Below, piece after piece: positions 20,001 through 27,504 of a stretch of 64,000 nucleotides of DNA. How positions within the stretch are numbered: the stretch's first letter is position 1; the number at the start of each line of letters is the position of its first letter. The position numbers were made by a program, and so were the translations under genes. The notes below the pieces were generated by a model that was not told where the DNA came from, made no database searches, and saw only the letters and a program-made list of their open reading frames with translations. This DNA is from a bacterium (lineage in GTDB: Bacteria > Patescibacteriota > Microgenomatia > UBA8517). The stretch covers positions 596 through 64,595 of the forward strand of contig JAKAJP010000018.1 in the NCBI GenBank assembly GCA_021824915.1, in the 5' to 3' direction.

Positions 20001-20340
20001 CGTATTTAACTTAGCTAAAGAAAAATTATTCGCAAAGCATGAGCTACCACAAATAAAAGGTAGAAGAGCAACGGCGATAAATTTATTGAAAGTAATTGCT
20101 GAAAAACTACCTACTGCTAGGAACTATTGTGAGGATATAATCTCCATTATTAAAACCCTAGATGATATTAGCGATGGATCTCTGAAGGATATTTCTCAGC
20201 TTGATGCGAATAAAATTGAAGATTCTTACAAAAAACTTCTGTCAATAATTCCCGAGGTATTTGTGAGAAACATACTAAACCGATCTCAACACACCGAATC
20301 TGCAGAAGAATTAATACTATTTGCCGAGCAATTAACATGA
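17056..20340 (+). CDS. PLD-family (single HKD-like motif) nuclease domain fused to an SNF2/Swi2-family SF2 helicase/translocase
   Basis: Residues ~130-170 '[14 protein letters not shown]...[10 protein letters not shown]' resemble the H-x-K...G-S-x-N motif of Nuc/BfiI-type PLD nucleases. SNF2 motif I is '[18 protein letters not shown]', motif II '[10 protein letters not shown]', motif III '[22 protein letters not shown]', and motifs V/VI '[42 protein letters not shown]'. Confidence 0.8.
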   Translation: [1094 protein letters not shown]

Positions 20341-23300
20341 TTCAACTACATAATGAATATCAACGCGACGACATTCTTAAATTTCTTGAAGAAGATTTTT
20401 TAACAGATTTCAAAAGAGACGTCAGACCTGTTAACACTAAAGGCCTATCCTCGATACAAAAAGCGAATTATTTAGGAGAAAGTAAAAATCTTGATCTTCA
20501 AGTTTTTGAATTTTTATTTGAAGGCTCGCCAAATAAACGCGTTGCTTTAACAAAAGACGCTTTTTCGGTAATGCGGTCAAGTGCAATCTTTCGAGCTTTA
20601 GCAGTTTTTCATTCTGCGGATAACAAAGATTGGCGTTTTTCATTAATGACGGCTACTCCCGAACCGACTGAAAAAGGTAAAGTAACTCTTTCTTATTCCA
20701 ACCCCAAACGGTTATCTTTTTTTCTAGGACCGAACGCCAAAATAAATACCCCAACGAAATTTTTAGTCAGCAAAGGGAAAGTTTTGGATTTTGAAGATTT
20801 GAAAAATAGATTTTCTATCGAAGTCGTTAATAAGGAATTTTACAAGGAAATATCCCAGGCCTTTACAAAACTTGTTTCAGGTTTGCTCAAGCTCCCCTCA
20901 ATTGAAGGTAAAAGTCAAACCAATCTTGAATTTGCGGTTCGTTTGATTGGTCGCATAATTTTCTGTTGGTTTTTGAGAGAAAAGAAAAGTCATGCTGGTC
21001 TTGCTTTAATGCCAAAGGAATTGTTATCTCTTGAGGCCATTAAAAAAACAGAAAACTATTATCACAAAATTCTTGAACCGATTTTTTTTGAAGTTTTGAA
21101 TATGCAAGTTAAATCAAGAAAGAATGATTTTGCAGAAGAACCATTTTCTCATGTCCCTTACTTAAATGGAGGATTATTTTCTCCCCAAGACGATGACTAT
21201 TACAAACGCACCAATGGCGATATTCAATCACAATTTCAAAACACACTAATAATTCCTGATAGTTGGTTCAAAGATTTTTTTGAAATTCTTGAAACTTACA
21301 ACTTTACGATCGACGAAAATACTAGCTACGACGAAGAGCTTTCTATTGATCCCGAAATGCTCGGCCGGATATTCGAAAATCTTCTTGCTGAAATTAATCC
21401 AGAGACAGGTGAATCTGCAAGAAAAAGTACGGGAAGCTATTACACACCAAGAGTGATTGTAAATTATATGGTTGACGAAAGCCTGCTTCTTTATCTGAAA
21501 GTGAAAACTAATATAAGTGAAGAAAAATTACGGGCAATTATAAGCTACGATCTGGGTGATGACGTAGAAAATCCGTTAACGGCAGGAGAAAAAGAAAAAA
21601 TTATAGATGCCTTAGAAAAAGTTAAAATTTTAGATCCCGCTTGCGGATCTGGTGCTTTTCCGATAGGTGCTTTACAGAAAATTGTGTTTATCCTCCAACA
21701 AACCGATCCAGATGGACAATTGTGGTTTAAGAAACAAATCTTGTCCACTCCTGCAGAAGTAAGGAAACTTATAGAACATGAGTTTGACCATAAGAATTTT
21801 GATTACATCAGAAAACTTGGAGTCATTAGGCAAAGCATATTTGGTGTTGACATCCAACCCGTTGCAACAGAAATATCTAGACTTCGGTGCTTTTTAACTT
21901 TAATTGTTGAAGAAACAGTGGACGACAGTGAGAAGAATCGAGGCATTGAACCCCTTCCAAATTTGGACTTTAAATTTGTTACTGCCAATAGCTTGATTGG
22001 TTTTCCCGAAGAAAAATCCGGTATTGAACAGCAAAATCTACTAGGTTCTGATGAAGGGGAAATGATTCTCCAACTCAGAAATATAATGGATGACTATTTC
22101 AACTCACACAATCACGAAAGGGAGGAATGCAAAAAAAGATTTTATGTAATAAGAGATGAGTTAAGAAAATACACGGTGAACAATAACTCGTGGAACGAAC
22201 GCACGAAATATCTTACTACTTGGGACCCATTCGGCCATGAACCTTCTTCATGGTTTGATCCTGAATGGATGTTCGGGATTAAAAACGGATTCAGCATAAT
22301 AATTGCAAACCCTCCTTATGTGGGTGAAAAAGGTAATGAAGACATATTCCATGAAGTGGCTAAAACTGAATTTGGCAAAAAATTCTACACGCGATGGATG
22401 GACTATTTCTATTTCTTTTTTCATAAGGGTATCGAGATGGGTGATAAAACCGCGGTAATCTCTTTTATAAGTACAAATTATTTTTTAACCGCTACCGGGG
22501 CAATAAAATTACGAAGAGATATTAGGGATCGGACATGTATAAAATATCTGATCAATTTTAATGAGCTAAAAGTATTCGAAGCGGCCCAAGGGCAACATAA
22601 TATAATTACAATTCTTGTAAAAGGACGAAATGAAAATGAAATAAGCCTAAATTGTGAAACACAACGAAAAGGTACAGCTTCTATCAACGAAATTCAAATG
22701 ATCCTAAACGGGAAAGACGACAAAACCTCGTATTACCAAATTCCTCAAAAATACTTGTTTGAGGGACAAGACTGTCAAATAAGGTTAAATGGTTCAACTG
22801 ACACAAATAGTGCATTGCAGAACATTTTACAAAAAATTAAACGGCAGTATTATTTTCTTGATGACGCGTGCGTAATTAGTCCAGGAGTTTTTTCCGGTGC
22901 CGATAGAGTTTCAAGCCAACATATTAAAAAATTTGGAAATTCTTTTGTCAAAAAGGGTGACGGTATTTACGTTTTAACGAAAGAGGAATTAGAAGACTTG
23001 AATCTGAGTGATGAAGATTACCAAAAGTACATAAAGAAGTTTTACAAAAATTCAGATGTTAAGAAATACTATGCCAACACCAAAAATAAATACTACCTTA
23101 TTTACATACGAGACGAGGGAAAACCAATCAAGCTATCAAAAAATCTTGAACAACATTTCTCTAAATTTGAGACGATATTAACTGGTGTTAAACGAAATTT
23201 TCTTAAAAACGCTGTTGCAAGAGAGATCGTTAAAAAATGGCTAGATAATGGAAATTATTTTGTAATGTTCCTACCAAAAAAAGAAAGTATATTTACCAAA

Positions 23301-23750
23301 CCCAAAATAATAACTCCTTATAGAAGTAGTTCTAACAATTTTGCATATGTTGAAGGCGATTGGTTTGCAAGCCAAGATGTTTATTTTATAAACCAGAAAG
23401 ACTTCTATACAGATCTAAAATATATTTTGGCTCTTCTAAATTCAAAGTTATATCTCTTGTGGATGTTTAATAAGGGTAAAAGGAAAGGCGAAACGCTTGA
23501 ATTTTACCAAAAGCCTCTTTCAGAAATACCTATTAAAAAACTTACATTGAGTGAGCAATCCCCATTTATCAAAATTGTAGAAAAAATACTATTTCTCACG
23601 AGTTCTGGCGATTATTTGACCGACTTTGAAAAACAAAAGAAAGTTATAGATTATGAAAATCAGATTGACCAATTAGTTTATAAACTCTATGACTTATCAT
23701 CAGAAGAGGTAGAGATTGTAGAAAATACCACAAAACAGTCCAATGAGTGA
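20337..23750 (+). CDS. Large gamma-class N6-adenine DNA methyltransferase (Eco57I/Type IIG-IIL / BREX PglX / DISARM DrmMI-like), with an uncharacterised ~330-aa N-terminal domain and a ~400-aa C-terminal TRD-like region
   Basis: AdoMet motif I 'ILDPACGSGAFPIGALQKI' and catalytic motif IV 'IIIANPPYVG' in the order typical of gamma-class MTases. ATGA overlap with the upstream helicase gene. Confidence 0.8.
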   Translation: MIQLHNEYQRDDILKFLEEDFLTDFKRDVRPVNTKGLSSIQKANYLGESKNLDLQVFEFLFEGSPNKRVALTKDAFSVMRSSAIFRALAVFHSADNKDWRFSLMTATPEPTEKGKVTLSYSNPKRLSFFLGPNAKINTPTKFLVSKGKVLDFEDLKNRFSIEVVNKEFYKEISQAFTKLVSGLLKLPSIEGKSQTNLEFAVRLIGRIIFCWFLREKKSHAGLALMPKELLSLEAIKKTENYYHKILEPIFFEVLNMQVKSRKNDFAEEPFSHVPYLNGGLFSPQDDDYYKRTNGDIQSQFQNTLIIPDSWFKDFFEILETYNFTIDENTSYDEELSIDPEMLGRIFENLLAEINPETGESARKSTGSYYTPRVIVNYMVDESLLLYLKVKTNISEEKLRAIISYDLGDDVENPLTAGEKEKIIDALEKVKILDPACGSGAFPIGALQKIVFILQQTDPDGQLWFKKQILSTPAEVRKLIEHEFDHKNFDYIRKLGVIRQSIFGVDIQPVATEISRLRCFLTLIVEETVDDSEKNRGIEPLPNLDFKFVTANSLIGFPEEKSGIEQQNLLGSDEGEMILQLRNIMDDYFNSHNHEREECKKRFYVIRDELRKYTVNNNSWNERTKYLTTWDPFGHEPSSWFDPEWMFGIKNGFSIIIANPPYVGEKGNEDIFHEVAKTEFGKKFYTRWMDYFYFFFHKGIEMGDKTAVISFISTNYFLTATGAIKLRRDIRDRTCIKYLINFNELKVFEAAQGQHNIITILVKGRNENEISLNCETQRKGTASINEIQMILNGKDDKTSYYQIPQKYLFEGQDCQIRLNGSTDTNSALQNILQKIKRQYYFLDDACVISPGVFSGADRVSSQHIKKFGNSFVKKGDGIYVLTKEELEDLNLSDEDYQKYIKKFYKNSDVKKYYANTKNKYYLIYIRDEGKPIKLSKNLEQHFSKFETILTGVKRNFLKNAVAREIVKKWLDNGNYFVMFLPKKESIFTKPKIITPYRSSSNNFAYVEGDWFASQDVYFINQKDFYTDLKYILALLNSKLYLLWMFNKGKRKGETLEFYQKPLSEIPIKKLTLSEQSPFIKIVEKILFLTSSGDYLTDFEKQKKVIDYENQIDQLVYKLYDLSSEEVEIVENTTKQSNE

Positions 23751-25467
23751 TCCTATCCTACATAAAAAACAAAAAGACGAAAGAACAGCACAAACAGAGG
23801 AAATTGTTAATTCCACTGAAAAGAAACGACTGATAGTGTCTGGTCCCGGAACGGGTAAAACTTTTATATTTGAGGCGGTAATTAAGAAGAACCCTACCGG
23901 AAAAAAATTAGTACTAACGTTTATCAGAAGATTGGTATCAGATATTGATCAAAAAATACAATTAAAAAATACATGCAAGACTTTTCATGAATTTGCAAAG
24001 GGATTGTTGCATAACCAAAAAGGTTCTTTTGATTTACAACCGTATTTATCAGACATCATTAAAAGAGATGCGGAGTTGTTAGGGTTAGATCTACAGGAGT
24101 TTGATACAAAATTTCAAGAACTTGATGAATATGGGTCAGAAATACCTTTTTATATTAAACGAGGTGATTACTATAATACCGTTTCATTCAATGATTCTGT
24201 ATATCGAATTTTTAAAATGGCAACAAAAGATGAAGCCGTTTTACCAGAATTTACCCAAATCATAGTTGATGAATACCAGGACTTTAACAAACTTGAGATA
24301 GAACTCATCAAACTTTTAGAAAAGCGTGGACCAATACTAATAGCTGGAGACGATGATCAAGCCCTGTATGATGGCCGTTCGGCTTCCTCAAAATATATTA
24401 AAGAGTTGTATCGATCGGGAAGGTTCAAGGTTTTTAAGCCTAAATATTGTAGTCGTTGTACGTTAGTGATAGTTAATGCCATGAATGCTTTCATCAAAAA
24501 TGTTCAGAGGTTTGGTTTTTTCAAAGATAGGATTGAAAAAAATTATGAATGTTACCTTCCAGATAAGGAGAACGATAGTGTTAAACATCAGAAAGTCGAT
24601 TTTGTTGAATGTAGCACGATAAAAACAGTGGCAAAATATGTGCGAAGAATGGCAGAAAAAATAGATGTCCAAGATATCCAAGATTCTCATAAGGGCGGGT
24701 ATCCGACCATTTTAATAATTGGTCCATCATATTATCTCAGAGTAGTCTATGAAGAACTCCAGAAGGAGTTTGCTAACATAATATTTACTCCAAGTGAAGA
24801 GTTTACTTATTCTTTAAGTGATGCTTACAGGTTACTATTGGCTGATGAATTCTCCAACATGGGTTGGAGAATATTGGCAGAATTTTCTATCGGTGAAAAA
24901 ACACTTGCGGATATAATTGCTGGGTCAGAAAACGCAACTCCAATTATCGATTTATTACCGAAGGAAATAATATCAACACACCAAAAGATCTTAGAGATAA
25001 TTAAAAGTATCACAAACAAGGATACTTTTAAAAATGAATTTGTTAATGAATTGAAAAAAACATTACCAAATAATTACACGGAAATAATTGAAAATTTTAG
25101 ATACAAAGATGAAGAACCAAAAGACGAGACTCAAATTGACAAAACAAAACCGTCGATTTTGCTTACCTCGTATAAGGGAGCTAAAGGATTGTCTGGTGGG
25201 CACGTTTTCCTTCTCGGGGCACATAACGGCTCACTTCCCAAAAATAAAGATATTATAAGTGATGTTGAGATTTCACAATTTTTAGTTGCAATGACCCGGA
25301 CTAGAAAAAAATTATTCCTGGTAAGTAACAGATGGTATATAAACCCCATGACACCAGATCACAAATTTATTGACCCTAATGAAAGAAGTATATTTATTGA
25401 TTGGATACCAAATGAATTTTTAAATAATGTAGGTTATTTAAAAAGCGATGATGTAAATAAGTTATAG
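23743..25467 (+). CDS. UvrD/PcrA/Rep-family SF1 DNA helicase (short, 574 aa)
   Basis: Walker A 'LIVSGPGTGKTF', motif II 'IIVDEYQDFN', motif III 'IAGDDDQALYDGRSAS', motif V 'LLTSYKGAKGLSGGHVFLLG' and motif VI 'VAMTRTRKKLFL'. 8-nt overlap (ATGAGTGA) with the MTase gene. Confidence 0.8.
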   Translation: MSDPILHKKQKDERTAQTEEIVNSTEKKRLIVSGPGTGKTFIFEAVIKKNPTGKKLVLTFIRRLVSDIDQKIQLKNTCKTFHEFAKGLLHNQKGSFDLQPYLSDIIKRDAELLGLDLQEFDTKFQELDEYGSEIPFYIKRGDYYNTVSFNDSVYRIFKMATKDEAVLPEFTQIIVDEYQDFNKLEIELIKLLEKRGPILIAGDDDQALYDGRSASSKYIKELYRSGRFKVFKPKYCSRCTLVIVNAMNAFIKNVQRFGFFKDRIEKNYECYLPDKENDSVKHQKVDFVECSTIKTVAKYVRRMAEKIDVQDIQDSHKGGYPTILIIGPSYYLRVVYEELQKEFANIIFTPSEEFTYSLSDAYRLLLADEFSNMGWRILAEFSIGEKTLADIIAGSENATPIIDLLPKEIISTHQKILEIIKSITNKDTFKNEFVNELKKTLPNNYTEIIENFRYKDEEPKDETQIDKTKPSILLTSYKGAKGLSGGHVFLLGAHNGSLPKNKDIISDVEISQFLVAMTRTRKKLFLVSNRWYINPMTPDHKFIDPNERSIFIDWIPNEFLNNVGYLKSDDVNKL

Positions 25468-25469
25468 AA

Positions 25470-26216
25470 ATGAATAAATACCACCAACGAGCCAGAAATT
25501 TGTATGATCCTAAATCGGATAAGCCGTTTGCTATCAGCAGAAGCAAGATCGATTTATTTTTAGAATGCCCTAGGTGTTTCTATTTGGATTGTCGGCTTGG
25601 TTTGGGGAGAACGAGTATCCCCAGTTTTTCATTAAACTCTGCTGTTGATGCCCTCCTTAAAAAGGAATTTGATCTACTCCGTAAAGAAAAGAAACCTCAC
25701 GAACTTATGACGTTGTACAACATTAAAGCAGTTCCTTTTGACCACCCAGAAATTGACAAATGGCGGGAAAATTTTGTCGGTAAAAGATATTTGCATGAAG
25801 GAACAAACCTAGAAATCTTCGGGGCAGTTGATGATCTTTGGATTAATTCCCAAAAAGAACTCTTAGTTGTTGATTATAAATCTACAAGTACAAGTAAAGA
25901 AATTTCGTTGGAAGATGAGTATAAGCAAGGATACAAAAAGCAAATGGAAATTTACCAATGGATTTTCAGAAAAAGCGGATTCAAGGTAAATGATACTGGT
26001 TATTTTGTTTTTGCCAATGCAAGTAAAGAAAAACCAAAATTTGATAAGAAGTTAGTTTTTAATCTCTCAATAATCTCCTATAAAGGTGATGATTCTTGGG
26101 TAGAACCAACAATTTTTGAAATCAAGAAATGTCTTGGTTCGGACGAAATCCCTGATTCAGATCCCGACTGTGAGTTTTGTGAATATAGAAAATTAATAAA
26201 ATCTTTTGAAAAGTAA
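25470..26216 (+). CDS. Cas4/RecB/AddB-like PD-(D/E)xK nuclease with putative Fe-S Cys cluster
   Basis: Motif II 'GAVDDLW', motif III 'LLVVDYKSTS' (the hhDYKT signature), and a Q-h-x-x-Y motif 'EIYQWIF'. Cysteines near the N-terminus (CPRCFYLDC) and the C-terminus (KKC...DPDCEFCEY) are arranged as in Cas4/AddB iron-sulfur nucleases. Confidence 0.65.
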   Translation: MNKYHQRARNLYDPKSDKPFAISRSKIDLFLECPRCFYLDCRLGLGRTSIPSFSLNSAVDALLKKEFDLLRKEKKPHELMTLYNIKAVPFDHPEIDKWRENFVGKRYLHEGTNLEIFGAVDDLWINSQKELLVVDYKSTSTSKEISLEDEYKQGYKKQMEIYQWIFRKSGFKVNDTGYFVFANASKEKPKFDKKLVFNLSIISYKGDDSWVEPTIFEIKKCLGSDEIPDSDPDCEFCEYRKLIKSFEK

Positions 26217-27493
26217 TGGACATTTTTGGAAGATTGGCGACAAATATCAGACTTAAATTTAAAAATTTTGTTTTCGGAATTAAAAAATATTTCAAAAAAC
26301 TTCTTCTTCCAATTTATCTTTTCCCAATCAAGCTGATTACCTATTCCGCTTATTATCTTCTAAAGTTTTTGATTAAACTTCTGATTGCCTTTATAGGCTT
26401 AATAATTGACTGTATTGTTTTTCCGTTCAAATCACTTAAAAATTTTCTTAAATCGATCGTTTTGACAATAGTTGTGATTTATTTATGCCTAACTCTCGTT
26501 GTTATAGCCGACTATCTGAAAAGACAATACGGAAGTTTTAGGAAAACATTTTGCGCATTAGGGTACCCAATAAATCAGAAGTTGCAAAAATCGGTTGTTA
26601 GGATAATCGGGGGATATTCTGAAGGTTCCGGATTTTTTGTCGAAGATGACAAAGTTTTAACAAATTTTCATGTAATCGCGGACGAGCCAAGCCCCAAGAT
26701 AGTATTTCCGGACGGAAGCTTTACGACGCCTGTAAAAATATTGGGAAATAAAGATGCTGACTTGGCGTTGTTATTTGTTAAAGAAAAAAGATCCGACTTG
26801 GTTTTTAAACTTCCCGACGAAATTAAACTCTACGAAGATGAACCTTTGGTTTCAGGAGGGTATGCCTTGGGTACGAATTTAAGTGGAGAAACCACTGTCG
26901 TAAAAGGGAATTTTGTAAATTTCAGAAAGCAGAAGACTTCCCCTGTGGGTTATATCCAGACCAACCTCAGTTTAGTTCGCGGGATGAGTGGAGGACCGCT
27001 TGTTGATCAATGCGGACAAGTCGTGGGCATTAATACCCAAAGCCTGGCCGGGCTTTCCTTGTTTATCACCGGTGTTGATGCCAAAAACCTGATTCCCAGT
27101 TTTACCGACCAAAATATAACTAAAATTAATGTTGATCCTTCAAAATCTCCCGAAGATGCCGTCTATGCTTTCTACACGTATCTCAAAGCCAGAAGAATGC
27201 GGGATGGTTTTAATTTATTGAGTGCGGAGTACCTTAAAAAGACTAACTATCAGGAGTGGACGAACCGGTTTACCGACATTTTGGATGTTAATGTTTTCAA
27301 GACGGAAAGATATCAAAATTCGGGAGATGTGGCGTTTGTGAAATTTTCTACTAAAAATTGGGTGGATGGGGAAGCGGAAATGCATTTTTATGAGGGTACG
27401 TGGCAGACGGTAAATGAGGATGGAGTTTATAAAATGTTCAGGGCTGATATCAAAGAAGTCGAAAATCCGGATTGGAATTGGTTCTATGAATGA
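26216..27493 (+). CDS. Membrane-anchored trypsin-like (S1/chymotrypsin-fold) serine protease with an extra ~130-aa C-terminal domain
   Basis: Two or three N-terminal TM helices. Catalytic triad His 'LTNFHVIAD', Asp 'DADLALL' and Ser 'GMSGGPLVD'. The start overlaps the nuclease stop by 1 nt (TAATG). Confidence 0.75.
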   Translation: MDIFGRLATNIRLKFKNFVFGIKKYFKKLLLPIYLFPIKLITYSAYYLLKFLIKLLIAFIGLIIDCIVFPFKSLKNFLKSIVLTIVVIYLCLTLVVIADYLKRQYGSFRKTFCALGYPINQKLQKSVVRIIGGYSEGSGFFVEDDKVLTNFHVIADEPSPKIVFPDGSFTTPVKILGNKDADLALLFVKEKRSDLVFKLPDEIKLYEDEPLVSGGYALGTNLSGETTVVKGNFVNFRKQKTSPVGYIQTNLSLVRGMSGGPLVDQCGQVVGINTQSLAGLSLFITGVDAKNLIPSFTDQNITKINVDPSKSPEDAVYAFYTYLKARRMRDGFNLLSAEYLKKTNYQEWTNRFTDILDVNVFKTERYQNSGDVAFVKFSTKNWVDGEAEMHFYEGTWQTVNEDGVYKMFRADIKEVENPDWNWFYE

Positions 27494-27504
27494 TACAATG
27501 AATC

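Noticed and set aside
20337-23750. Calling the big MTase a complete Type IIG restriction enzyme (e.g. MmeI-like) with its own nuclease
   Set aside because: I could not find a D...ExK catalytic triad in the N-terminal 330 aa by eye, so only the MTase function is asserted. The question is left open in the findings.
17056-26216. Labelling the locus as canonical class 1 DISARM
   Set aside because: The DrmA/DrmB (DUF1998) core genes are absent, and an unrelated UvrD plus Cas4-like pair is present instead. Only the SNF2, PLD and MTase components resemble DISARM.
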